Notes under the pieces: generated by a model | Database searches by the model: none | What the model was told of the DNA's origin: nothing | What the model saw: the letters and a program-made list of their open reading frames with translations, nothing else | Shown: positions 1-8,605 of the stretch, piece by piece | Position numbering within the stretch: position 1 is the first letter of the stretch | Layout: each line of letters starts with the position of its first letter | Program-made: the position numbers and the translations under genes | NCBI GenBank assembly: GCA_041661345.1 | Contig: JBAZUO010000003.1 | Span: 28,719 to 92,718 of the forward strand | Source: Candidatus Omnitrophota bacterium | Lineage (GTDB): Bacteria > Omnitrophota > Gorgyraeia > 2-01-FULL-45-10 | Reading direction: 5' to 3' | DNA length: 64,000 nt

Positions 1-323
1 TTCTCTTTCTCCAGGCTCGAGCGTGAGCCCGGGACTTTGAACATATCTCCGAAGGTCGCTATTATTACGTCATCGCGATCCGCAAGGCTTATCGCCTTAT
101 CTATGAACTCATTGGGGGTAACGCATACCGGGCATCCCGGGCCGGATATGAGGCGTATATTTTTCGGCAGGATATCTTTAAGCCCGAACCTGAATATATT
201 CATCGTGTGCGTTCCGCACACTTCCATAAAATTATATGTACGAAGCGGGTCGACAGCCGCTCGGATCTCTCCGGCAAGCTTATCTATAATATGCCTGTCC
301 CTAAACTCATCGACGTATTTCAT
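1..323 (-). CDS. hypD: HypD hydrogenase maturation protein, N-terminal 107 codons only (the rest lies beyond the left edge)
   Basis: Absent from the ORF track because it runs off the window. Manual reverse-strand translation from ATG (323-321) gives MKYVDEFRDRHIIDKL..FMEVCGTHTMNIFRFGL..ISGPGCPVCVTP..ATFGDMFKVPGSRSSL. This is colinear with the conserved HypD N-terminus (CGxHT and GPGCPVCV motifs). Plus-strand ORF 37..336 is its antisense shadow. Confidence 0.9.
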   Translation of the reverse strand, partial: MKYVDEFRDRHIIDKLAGEIRAAVDPLRTYNFMEVCGTHTMNIFRFGLKDILPKNIRLISGPGCPVCVTPNEFIDKAISLADRDDVIIATFGDMFKVPGSRSSLEKE

Positions 324-784
324 ATCGGTCCCTTAAATTTTCCGGGTCCTGCCGCTCCCTTAGGCTTTTCTTTCTAGGGCTCGCACGGGGTTCACAATCA
401 ATTAGTATTATACACGTTGTGTCTGTATGCCCGCCAGGATTGCCTGCAACAGGACTAGTATAATCTAGGGCGCGGGCTTACTATTATGCAATCCTAAACA
501 GCGGGCACCCCCATCCCATGCTCGCTTCTCATCAATAAAAGCCTTCAGTCGCGTCACCCGTAAAATTTCTCGTCCACACTCCTAGTAAAATTTTTCGATC
601 CTCACCAAAATGTGATGTGGCGATGTGGTGAGCTTAGGCCTGAAAATTTTTTATGGATTGGTCCGCTGTTGTTAACTGGCGGCGGCATAAAAAATTTTCC
701 CCGGAGTGAGGTTTGCCGCTGGAGCAAACCGAACGTCCTAAGCGAACCACTCGATACAGCACATTATTGTAAAAGCGAAAAATT

Positions 785-991
785 TTACATCTCCCTCAAG
801 ACTTTAAGCGTCTTTTTCGCCTCGGATTCCTTGAGCCGCTCTATTGCAAACCCCGCATGCATGAGGATGTAATCTCCGGCCTTCACATGATTCATAAGCG
901 AAAGATTTACATCTTTCCGTAACCCCCCCGCCTCGACGATCCCTTTGTCGCCGTCTATTTTAATTACCTTCATCGGTATGCCTAAACACAT
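785..991 (-). CDS. hypC: HypC/HybG/HupF-family hydrogenase assembly chaperone
   Basis: 68 aa beginning MCLGIPMKV (invariant Cys2). Size and sequence are typical of HypC. Its start overlaps the stop of the upstream hypF-like gene by 10 nt. Confidence 0.9.
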   Translation of the reverse strand: MCLGIPMKVIKIDGDKGIVEAGGLRKDVNLSLMNHVKAGDYILMHAGFAIERLKESEAKKTLKVLREM

Positions 992-2061
992 CTTGCCCTC
1001 GAATTCGCTATGGCTATTTGTCCTATCGGTATGCCGGAGTCGTTTGTCGGCACTCCCGAGTGCACATACACTTTAAGCCCTGATCTTTCCAGAAGTTCCG
1101 CAGTTCTCACAGTCAACAGGCGGTTCTGAAATACGCCGCCGCTTAAAACAACATTACATAGTTTATACCTGTTGCTTAAGTCAGCAGTCACTTTATTTAT
1201 TATGCAGGCTATCGTGTTATGAAATTTCGCTGATACTACCGCCTTATTTTTTTTTGCCGATAGATCGGCCAGGACTCCCTTGACGACTTTGGATACATCG
1301 ACTAATGACAAACCACCTGACTTCCTGATATCAAATTTATATGCATCCTTCGTAGAATGATCCGCTATCGCCTCCAACTCCATCGGAAGCTCCGCCTCTT
1401 TACTAACTGCATTTTTTGACAAGATCAAGCTCCCAACAGCGTCGAAAAACCTTCCAACACTCGATGTCACCGGTGAATTAATATTCTTAGCTATTATCAT
1501 ATCTATCAGTTTTTGTTTTTTAAAATAAGTACTGCGCGCCTTTATCATATTTAAATAGCTTGCGGCCATGCGCCAGGGATCGCGGATAGCCTTATCGCCT
1601 CCGGGCATCGGTATATATTCAAAATGACCTGCGCGTTTTAAACTCTTCAGATCCCCTACAAAAAATTCACCGCCCCAAATCTTGCCATCAGAGCCGTAAC
1701 CCGTCCCATCGAATGCCACGCCGATGACCTTACCTTTAATGGCGTGGTCTACAATAGCGCTTGCTATGTGAGCCTCATGATGCTGGACTTTATATGGTTT
1801 TAAATTTTCGGCAAATCGGGTCGAAAAATAGCCGGGATGCAGATCGCAGGCTACAATTTTGGGCTTTATCTTCAGCTTCTTCAGCTGGAACTTAATGGCT
1901 TTTTCGTATTTTATAAAATTGTCGGGATCGCTAAGATCGCCAAATCCATCAACAAGCACAGCTTCGCTGCCTTTAGCTATCGCGAAAGCGCCCTTCAAAT
2001 CCGCCCCGCAGGCTAATATAGGTTTTTTTACCTTAAATGGCAGCGTTATCCGTCGGGTCAT
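982..2061 (-). CDS. hypF: HypF-like carbamoyltransferase, C-terminal Kae1/ASKHA-like domain only (359 aa)
   Basis: ILACGADLKGAFAIAKG, DLHPGY, HHEAHIAS and VLSGGVFQN resemble the C-terminal nucleotide-binding half of HypF. It sits next to hypC and hypD. No acylphosphatase, Zn-finger or YrdC-like region is encoded: only 125 nt separate it from an unrelated upstream gene. Confidence 0.7.
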   Translation of the reverse strand: MTRRITLPFKVKKPILACGADLKGAFAIAKGSEAVLVDGFGDLSDPDNFIKYEKAIKFQLKKLKIKPKIVACDLHPGYFSTRFAENLKPYKVQHHEAHIASAIVDHAIKGKVIGVAFDGTGYGSDGKIWGGEFFVGDLKSLKRAGHFEYIPMPGGDKAIRDPWRMAASYLNMIKARSTYFKKQKLIDMIIAKNINSPVTSSVGRFFDAVGSLILSKNAVSKEAELPMELEAIADHSTKDAYKFDIRKSGGLSLVDVSKVVKGVLADLSAKKNKAVVSAKFHNTIACIINKVTADLSNRYKLCNVVLSGGVFQNRLLTVRTAELLERSGLKVYVHSGVPTNDSGIPIGQIAIANSRARCV

Positions 2062-2126
2062 AGGCCAATATTATAGCATTATAAGGGAGCGGAGATTAAA
2101 AAAATTTTCAGTAACCATCTTAACCG

Positions 2127-2162
2127 AAAGACGCTTTCCGGATTGGCGCGGAAAGCGTCTTT
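2127..2162. repeat. REP-like palindrome, copy 1 (AAAGACGCTTTCCG-8 nt-CGGAAAGCGTCTTT)
   Basis: Perfect 14-bp inverted repeat. The arms share the AGACGCTTTCC / GGAAAGCGTCT core with the two hairpins flanking the transposase at 4370 and 4987. No U-tract follows on either strand. Confidence 0.6.
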
Positions 2163-2186
2163 GAATTAAAGGTCAAAATATCAATT

Positions 2187-4283
2187 TTACTGGCTGCCGC
2201 GAACGGGACGAACGCAGAGCGTGGTAGTCTTAAGGCTGTAGTCCGCGACGCCATCGATGAAACTCACGTACCACGCGTAGCCGGCGTCGACGGCGAGCGT
2301 AGTACTGGACCAGTAGGTGGACGAAGTGTTCGGAAAAGCCGCACGGTTTATAGTTGGGATATAGAGATTATAATTCACTATAGCCTCAAGCTCCTGTATG
2401 GTTGGCATGCGCCAGTCGGTATACCCGCCAAAGTCTAAGCCATCAGCCCAAGTGGCTGCTTGCGCCCAGGTACGAGTTCCTCCATCATAACAACCGGTGC
2501 CCATACCGTCGGAGGCCCAGATAAGGCCTGTGCCGAGATCTGTAGTGATTACGCCGTTAGAGGCAAAACCATCGCCATAGTTAGAGGTAAGGGTGTTATT
2601 GGTGAGTGTTGTGGTTAGAGTAGTGCCGCTTACTGATACAAGGGTCATGGCATAACCGGTGTTATCGGTGATGGTGTTATCGGTGATGGTAGCGGTCAGG
2701 TTGCCGCTATCGGGGACAAGCAGAATACCAGCGCCGAGATGGACAGTGTTATTAATGGTACCGATATTACTGGTGATGATGTTATGAGAGATGGTCGCGT
2801 TATTAGCGCTTGCCGAATAGATTCCCGCGCCTAGAGCGCCGGTGGCTTTAAGGCCCATGACCGTGTTGCCATCGCCAAGGGTTATGTCGTAGTGGCGGGT
2901 GGCTTCACCATCTATTACCGGATAGACTCCGCTTGTGGTAAGTCCGCTAAAACCTCCATTGTAACCCGATCCCCATAAGACGACGTTGTTTGCCAGGGTA
3001 ACGGCTTCTTTGTAATTACCCGAACCTTCCTTCACATAGACCCACTTATCCCCCACGACACCATCCACGCCCGCCTGAATGGTAGTGTAGGGATGTTCGA
3101 GCGTTCCATCCGAAGATCCTGTGTTGGAGTTATCTACGTAGGTAAGGTCATGCACCTTTGACTCAGTGGTACTGGGCTGGCTCGTTACGTCGATATCTCT
3201 AACAACTCTATCTACCATCCTCTCTCTTAAAGGACGTATACCTTTCTTATAGACCAAGTAATCCTTTACATATCCCAAGGGGTTGGTGATCTTAAATACG
3301 TTCATGGTATCAAGAGGAACTGTAACTATGCCTTCTACGAAGAACTCAGTAGGATTATAATTATCTTTCTTAAGTTCCAAATTAATTGTGAGAGCTTTGA
3401 CGGGCCTAAGCTCAATGCGCCCTTTAATACCGTTTAAGCCGTTACCTTCGCTCGGAAAATAGTTATATCCGCCTATAAAGGCTCTCGTCTCAAGGTATTC
3501 TGATAGATACGGTATGAGAATGCCGCCTTCATAGTCTAAGCCTGTTAAGGGCTCTTCGTAAGAGTTTATACCTACCAGGCTTCGGGACCTGAAGCCATAG
3601 CCGGTATAGCCGGAAGATATGGATTGCTTACCCGATATGGGGAAGTAGAAGTTACTCCTTAAATCTACCCACTTTGACAGGCCTTCCAGGCCGAATCCTA
3701 ACTGGTTATGCCTGATCTTACTCTCCGTGTATTTGGTGTCGTAGAAGAGGTTACCGCCTAATATGAGCTTCTCGTTAAATAACAGGCTTCTTGCGCCAAA
3801 GCCTATATTCTCTTCGTTTGTGTCAGAGGCTCCTAACACAGTCTTAACATCGGCAAACATTAGAGCGTCTTTTGTTCCGGCAAGAGGGATTAAGTTATCC
3901 TCATAGCCCTTTAACTTCTGTGTGCCGCCTCTCATACCGCCCATTATCTGCGAGGGCCACTCTTTAGGTGAATCTATAAGCCAGAAGTCCTTAGTAGGAG
4001 TGAGGGTAACCGTGGACGGAAGTTCTTTGGTGATCTTAGGGGTAGGCTTCTGGACTAGTTTTTCTGATACATCCCTGGTTTGTTCCGCGGATACTTTATC
4101 CGCGCGCTCATTTAATTGTTTTGCCAGTTGAGGGTTTACCTGTTGAAGATTTGCGGCCGCATCCCTTAGTAACTTAATATCGTCTTTGGTGATTTCACCG
4201 GCGGCAAAAGATGTGAGAGCGGAAAATAGAATTATTGCGAATGATACCATTACAGCAATACACAATACCTTTAATACCTTCAT
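2187..4283 (-). CDS. Surface protein: signal peptide + inverse-autotransporter-like beta-barrel + parallel beta-helix repeats + C-terminal DUF1566 (Lcl C-terminal-like) domain
   Basis: Start moved to ATG 4283 (MKVLKVLCIAVMVSF.., GGGGAGG Shine-Dalgarno upstream). GGNLFYDTKY..LGFGLEGLSKWVDLRSNFYFP resembles intimin/invasin beta domains. NTITDNTGYAM / NNTLTSNYGDG are beta-helix repeats. WAQAATWADGL..GYTDWRMPTIQELEAI..YWSSTT..AWYVSF..CVRPVRG matches the DUF1566 pattern. Confidence 0.65.
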   Translation of the reverse strand: MKVLKVLCIAVMVSFAIILFSALTSFAAGEITKDDIKLLRDAAANLQQVNPQLAKQLNERADKVSAEQTRDVSEKLVQKPTPKITKELPSTVTLTPTKDFWLIDSPKEWPSQIMGGMRGGTQKLKGYEDNLIPLAGTKDALMFADVKTVLGASDTNEENIGFGARSLLFNEKLILGGNLFYDTKYTESKIRHNQLGFGLEGLSKWVDLRSNFYFPISGKQSISSGYTGYGFRSRSLVGINSYEEPLTGLDYEGGILIPYLSEYLETRAFIGGYNYFPSEGNGLNGIKGRIELRPVKALTINLELKKDNYNPTEFFVEGIVTVPLDTMNVFKITNPLGYVKDYLVYKKGIRPLRERMVDRVVRDIDVTSQPSTTESKVHDLTYVDNSNTGSSDGTLEHPYTTIQAGVDGVVGDKWVYVKEGSGNYKEAVTLANNVVLWGSGYNGGFSGLTTSGVYPVIDGEATRHYDITLGDGNTVMGLKATGALGAGIYSASANNATISHNIITSNIGTINNTVHLGAGILLVPDSGNLTATITDNTITDNTGYAMTLVSVSGTTLTTTLTNNTLTSNYGDGFASNGVITTDLGTGLIWASDGMGTGCYDGGTRTWAQAATWADGLDFGGYTDWRMPTIQELEAIVNYNLYIPTINRAAFPNTSSTYWSSTTLAVDAGYAWYVSFIDGVADYSLKTTTLCVRPVRGSQ

Positions 4284-4369
4284 GCCTCCCCTTTTTTTGA
4301 TTCTGATACTGGTAAGTATACCTTCCCCCACCAGTATCTGTCAATGAGGAAACTGAAAAGTACACATAT

Positions 4370-4405
4370 ACAGACGCTTTCTGTGCTAATCGGGAAAGTG
4401 TCTGT
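4370..4405. repeat. REP-like palindrome, copy 2 (upstream of transposase)
   Basis: ACAGACGCTTTC-loop-GGAAAGTGTCTGT, an imperfect inverted repeat with one G:T mismatch. Confidence 0.6.
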
Positions 4406-4477
4406 ATTTAAAAATATTTAAAAATAATTGCAACAATTTTGCCACTTTTAGCATCTTTATATAGTAGGAGGTGTATT

Positions 4478-4963
4478 ATGCCAAGCGGGCCTAGAGTTAT
4501 TATAGAAAATGCCTTATATCATATTATGGTACGGGGAAATCAAAAACAGAAGGTGTTTGATGATGAGCACGATTTCGGGAAGTATTTGAAACTAATAAAG
4601 AGATATAAGAAAAAATGGGGGTTCAGATTGTACGGCTTCTGCCTTATGCCTAACCATATCCATTTGATAGGCGAGGCGCTCCACGGCGAGAATCTAGCAA
4701 AATTCATGCAGGGCCTCAATCGCTCATACACGGCTTATTTTAATAAAAAATATGGCAAGGTCGGACATCTGTGGCAGGGTCGATTCAATAGTAAAGTGAT
4801 ATTAAAAGACAAGTACGTCATCGACTGCATTAACTATATAGAACTAAATCCATTAAGGGCAAATATGGTTGGTTCACCGTGTGAATATAAGTGGTCGAGC
4901 TACAAAGAACGCATCTTAAGCGAAGAATCTGGGGAGCGATTATTAGAACTACTAAGCCTCTAA
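4478..4963 (+). CDS. HUH/Y1 tyrosine transposase (IS200-like, REP-associated RayT-like)
   Basis: Start moved to ATG 4478, preceded by AGGAGG. ALYHIMVRGN, the HUH motif in LMPNHIHLI, and YIELNPLRANMV carrying the catalytic-Tyr region match the Y1_Tnp (COG1943) pattern. Confidence 0.8.
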   Translation: MPSGPRVIIENALYHIMVRGNQKQKVFDDEHDFGKYLKLIKRYKKKWGFRLYGFCLMPNHIHLIGEALHGENLAKFMQGLNRSYTAYFNKKYGKVGHLWQGRFNSKVILKDKYVIDCINYIELNPLRANMVGSPCEYKWSSYKERILSEESGERLLELLSL

Positions 4964-4986
4964 ATGACACTTTTGCGGTTGCGGTA

Positions 4987-5018
4987 AGACACTATCCCGA
5001 TTAGCTCGGAAAGCGTCT
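4987..5018. repeat. REP-like palindrome, copy 3 (downstream of transposase, inverted relative to copy 2)
   Basis: AGACACTATCCC-loop-CGGAAAGCGTCT. The loop CGATTAGCT is the reverse complement of the copy-2 loop core. Confidence 0.6.
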
Positions 5019-5150
5019 CTATTACAATGTAATCTTATATGCCAAAAAGAGCGAACGGTTTTTCTCCAGCGAAGTCCGGCCACGCTGGGGCCGGACAAGC
5101 GGTCCCGCGAAACACCCATTCCTCGAGTTAAATATCTACTTATGAAAAAT

Positions 5151-5720
5151 TTAGAATAGAAATACGGCCGCGGCGACGACTGTGGAGAAACTGCCCTCGG
5201 GGCCTATTACGGCGGATTGAGTGATATTGAAGGTGCGGACGATCTTATCGCTTAAGTGGTATATCTCCTTATTCTCGTCCCATGACTTGTCCTCATCGAA
5301 CTCAAGGCCCAAGGTTGACGCTAACATTTCCACAGCCAGGTCTTCGGCAAGGTCTCCGGCGATCTTCTCGTTCTGGCCGAAGGCGTGATGCTCGCTCAAG
5401 TATCCATGCGCGAGCGGGTCGGCCGGGACTGCGCATCCGATACTCGCGGCTATAAGACGGTGCGGCTCATTCGCCGAGCACCGGGAAATGACCGCAAATG
5501 CTATCATGCCGGGATACATCTCTTTCAAGCCTTCATTGCGGGATACGACCTTGCATTCGGGCGGAAATATGCTCGACACCTTAACAAGGTTGCACTTCTC
5601 AATACCTGCATCACGAAGCGCAAGCTCAAAACTCCGAAGCTCGGCCTTGTGTGTGCCCACACCCTTGGTGAAGAATATCTTTTTTGGAACAAGTATATTT
5701 TTTCGCGGAACAAGCAGCAT
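5151..5720 (-). CDS. pdaD: Pyruvoyl-dependent arginine decarboxylase
   Basis: 189 aa with the VKVSSIFPP self-cleavage Ser-Ser site, FFTKGVG and GYLSEHH. Agmatinase lies immediately upstream. Confidence 0.85.
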   Translation of the reverse strand: MLLVPRKNILVPKKIFFTKGVGTHKAELRSFELALRDAGIEKCNLVKVSSIFPPECKVVSRNEGLKEMYPGMIAFAVISRCSANEPHRLIAASIGCAVPADPLAHGYLSEHHAFGQNEKIAGDLAEDLAVEMLASTLGLEFDEDKSWDENKEIYHLSDKIVRTFNITQSAVIGPEGSFSTVVAAAVFLF

Positions 5721-5736
5721 TAGCCCCTCTCAAGTA

Positions 5737-6606
5737 TTACTTTTTACTGTAAAATATATAGCCGATCAGCTTGTAAATAAGCTTGGCCGCCAAAAAATCC
5801 GACGATATCTGCCCCGGAATCGGGCAGAGCTCTACGACATCGAATCCTACTATTTTTTTATCCTTCGATACATCTCTTAAAAGATCAAGCGTCTCGTACC
5901 ATCCGATGCCACCCGGCTCGGGCGTCCCGACGGAGGGCACAAGCGACGGGTCAAATACGTCAAGATCTATGGAGACGTAAACATTTTCGGACAGGCTTTT
6001 GGTCGCCGTATCCTTCCACATCGGATTCTCCAATATATCATAAACGCTTATGTTCTTCACCTTCCCGTTTGCCTGAGCGGCAATAAAATCCTTCTCTTCC
6101 TTGGACATGCTCCTTGTGCCAACCTGGACTATCGGGCAAATTTCACTTATCCTTCTTGCCACACAGCCATGGTTTAATTTCGACCCGAAATACTCATTTC
6201 TAAGGTCACAGTGGGCATCGAGATGAAGAACGGATAGATTTGGATAGGTTTCCTTGAAAGCCTTGACAACCCCCACCGATACGGAATGTTCTCCGCCCAG
6301 CATGACGGGAAACTTGTTGGATTTCAGGAGCTCCGAGGCCGACTTATGAACATGATCTACCATATCTTCCGACGATAAACCTTCGACTACAAGCGGCTCC
6401 ATCGTATGGATCCCGATCCTGTAGGTTTCCATATTGATCTCGTCGTCGAACAACTCCACGTATTTGGAGGCATCTATTATAGCGGCGGGCCCTTTAGATG
6501 TGCCGTGTATGTACGTCGTAGTCTTATCGTACGGAACCTGCAGTATCGATACCTTCGACTTTTTAAAGCTTGAATATTCTTCTTCAAGCCCGATGAAATT
6601 TTTCAC
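5737..6606 (-). CDS. speB: Agmatinase (ureohydrolase/arginase family)
   Basis: GGEHSVS, LHLDAHCDL and SIDLDVFDPS are the Mn-binding motifs of the arginase family. A 4-nt ATGA overlap links it to the upstream gene. Confidence 0.85.
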   Translation of the reverse strand: MKNFIGLEEEYSSFKKSKVSILQVPYDKTTTYIHGTSKGPAAIIDASKYVELFDDEINMETYRIGIHTMEPLVVEGLSSEDMVDHVHKSASELLKSNKFPVMLGGEHSVSVGVVKAFKETYPNLSVLHLDAHCDLRNEYFGSKLNHGCVARRISEICPIVQVGTRSMSKEEKDFIAAQANGKVKNISVYDILENPMWKDTATKSLSENVYVSIDLDVFDPSLVPSVGTPEPGGIGWYETLDLLRDVSKDKKIVGFDVVELCPIPGQISSDFLAAKLIYKLIGYIFYSKK

Positions 6607-7631
6607 CGCATCTCCTCGGATAACATGTTGGTAATTTCCAGGGCCTTCTTTGCGTTTTCCTTCGTCAATGTCCCCACGCCGCAGCTGGGGGTAATGAGCG
6701 ACGACACAGAACCTTTGGGGATCCCTTTTTCGGAAAGGCCGGACAATGTCGATTTAAATCTTTGCGTTAAGCCCTTCAACGTCTCTTTCTCTATCCCCTC
6801 GGAGCTGGGGACTATACCCCACGCGATAGATCCGCCCCTATCCAGATAATTTTTAACATCAGGCGCATATAACAAAAGCTCTTTCGTAAAATTATAAGCG
6901 TCGAAACTTAATATGTCAATATCCCTTTTTAAGACGGCTCCCCAGTCGGTATTACCGCAGCAATGGATACCGCATAAAGCGCCTTCCTGCCTTACCGACT
7001 TGATAAGCTCATCAAGCTTTTCGAAGGCAGCGGCAGTATTTATATTAACATAACTCGATCCTATCGAAACAAGATACGGTTCGTCTATGAAGATTATCAC
7101 CGAAGGGAACGCCTTTTTAAGCCTCTTTATCTGCCAGCGCACCTTCATCACCAACGTCTTGGTCAATACCTCAAACAGGTCCTTATCATAAATAACAGCG
7201 CGTTTATTCTGGTCCGTTACCGATAGGGCAAAGCTTATGGGGCCCGTGATATGCCCCTTGATTGCCTTTATTTCCTTCGAACCGGCTCCCACACCATCGA
7301 TGAATTTATAAAAACCTGCGGCGTGATCTTCAGAGATCTTAAAAAACTCGGTATCTCCTTCAAGATATTTAGCGTAGACGCTTTCTATCTCGGATGCAAC
7401 TCTGGAATTATCTATAAATATATTCTTCCCGGGTTCATCCACGACTAGGCCGGGCAGGCGTTCGGAAAACTGAACATACATATTTTCAAGATAGGATCTT
7501 TTGGGAAGTTGCGGCCAAAACGGGATCTTTTTAAAGTTATCGAAGATTATACGGCATGACTCCTGCGGATCCGAGAAAGGCATGCTCCCCAAACCTGTAG
7601 GCTCGAAATCAAACCTCAAGATTTTGCCCAA
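6603..7631 (-). CDS. MetE-C-terminal/URO-D-like TIM-barrel protein, specific function unknown
   Basis: 342 aa with IFIDEPYL and GIHCCGNTDW (His/Cys metal-site-like), resembling cobalamin-independent methionine-synthase-like or uroporphyrinogen-decarboxylase-like families. Motif-level assignment only. Confidence 0.45.
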   Translation of the reverse strand: MGKILRFDFEPTGLGSMPFSDPQESCRIIFDNFKKIPFWPQLPKRSYLENMYVQFSERLPGLVVDEPGKNIFIDNSRVASEIESVYAKYLEGDTEFFKISEDHAAGFYKFIDGVGAGSKEIKAIKGHITGPISFALSVTDQNKRAVIYDKDLFEVLTKTLVMKVRWQIKRLKKAFPSVIIFIDEPYLVSIGSSYVNINTAAAFEKLDELIKSVRQEGALCGIHCCGNTDWGAVLKRDIDILSFDAYNFTKELLLYAPDVKNYLDRGGSIAWGIVPSSEGIEKETLKGLTQRFKSTLSGLSEKGIPKGSVSSLITPSCGVGTLTKENAKKALEITNMLSEEMR

Positions 7632-8584
7632 TAGCTTAACCGCTTTATTCTTTTAAGCATATTCGGGTGCGTACTCAATAGCTCCATCAGCCTGTCACCT
7701 AACTTAAGGCTTATCGCGCGGGATTGCAAAACGCTTAACTCGGAAGCGGATATGGTACCGCTCCTGTCGAGATCAAGTTCTTTTAAGTCTTTCAGTTCCG
7801 AAAGCGCCCTTGACGGGTCACTCGCAAAGAATGCCTTCATACCCTCGACATCTTTTATCGCTTCTTTCGGCATCCTGGCGGCCCCATACACCAATTTATA
7901 TAAGGCCGACGCTAGGTTCGACGGGTTGTTCCCCAGCTCCACCGATCCTTTGTCCGCGAAATACTCGCGGATCCTTGAGGCATACAGCACCAGAAGATTC
8001 GTTATGAAATAAAATACGAACGCCGCGATCCCGATCAAAACGGCATTGGAGCCCGACCGATCGCGCCTGTCGCCAAAAAACAGGAACTGCCAGGCTATAC
8101 GGTACAGGATCATAGGTATGACCGAAAGCACTGTAATGGTAACAACGTCTCTATTCTTCAGATGGCTCATCTCATGGCCTAAAACCGCTCTCAACTCGTC
8201 ATCGTTTAATAGGCTCATTATACCTTCGGTGACGCAAATCCGACCGTCTTTGATCGTGCGGCCGAATGCGAACGCGTTAGGGATCGATATATTTGCGATA
8301 CCTATTCTCGGCGTAGGCATACCGGCTTTTTTTGCAAGCGACTCGACCATCGATTCTAATTTAATATTTTCGCCTTTTTTGATATATCTTACTTTCATCG
8401 ACCATTCAACTATTTTGGGGCCGATCATATACTGGATGAACATCATCACAAGTGACAGGATAAGATAAAAGTAAAAATTACCGATACCAAGCGAATAACT
8501 TATCGCGGATATGACCGCGTATATTATGGCAAATAAAACCGCCGTCAATAGCCACATCCGGATCTTCAGACTCCACATAAACAC
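7616..8584 (-). CDS. htpX: M48-family zinc metalloprotease, HtpX-like, with an inserted EF-hand-like loop
   Basis: Two N-terminal TM helices, HEMSHLKNRD (HExxH), a further TM pair, and LSTHPNMLKRIKRL at the C-terminus, which is typical of HtpX. It overlaps the downstream gene by 16 nt. Confidence 0.8.
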   Translation of the reverse strand: MFMWSLKIRMWLLTAVLFAIIYAVISAISYSLGIGNFYFYLILSLVMMFIQYMIGPKIVEWSMKVRYIKKGENIKLESMVESLAKKAGMPTPRIGIANISIPNAFAFGRTIKDGRICVTEGIMSLLNDDELRAVLGHEMSHLKNRDVVTITVLSVIPMILYRIAWQFLFFGDRRDRSGSNAVLIGIAAFVFYFITNLLVLYASRIREYFADKGSVELGNNPSNLASALYKLVYGAARMPKEAIKDVEGMKAFFASDPSRALSELKDLKELDLDRSGTISASELSVLQSRAISLKLGDRLMELLSTHPNMLKRIKRLSYWAKS

Positions 8585-8605
8585 AACACTCCTTTATTAT
8601 TTCGG

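Larger units (their letters stand above)
4370..5018 (+). mobile_element. REPtron-like or IS200/IS605-like unit: Y1 transposase gene bracketed by inverted copies of a ~32-nt imperfect palindrome
   Basis: Left hairpin at 4370-4405 and right hairpin at 4987-5018. The reverse complement of the right copy (AGACGCTTTCCGAGCTAATCGGGATAGTGTCT) matches the left copy (AGACGCTTTCTGTGCTAATCGGGAAAGTGTCT) at 29 of 32 positions. Confidence 0.6.

Noticed and set aside
37-336. Plus-strand ORF of 99 aa at the left edge
   Set aside because: It is the antisense shadow of hypD, whose minus-strand translation matches HypD motif for motif. The plus-frame product shows no recognisable similarity.
612-872. Plus-strand ORF of 86 aa in the hypC-hypD spacer
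   Set aside because: It overlaps hypC antisense, has no RBS, and has Trp/Cys/Arg-rich, non-protein-like composition.
2658-2687. Direct 15-bp tandem duplication GGTGTTATCGGTGAT x2
   Set aside because: It lies inside the surface-protein CDS and encodes the ITDNT beta-helix repeat. It is not a CRISPR or VNTR-type element.
5074-5096. GC-rich hairpin GTCCGGCC-7 nt-GGCCGGAC between pdaD and the transposase as a terminator
   Set aside because: No U-tract follows on either strand and the stem is only 8 bp. It may help 3'-end formation, but the sequence alone does not support that.
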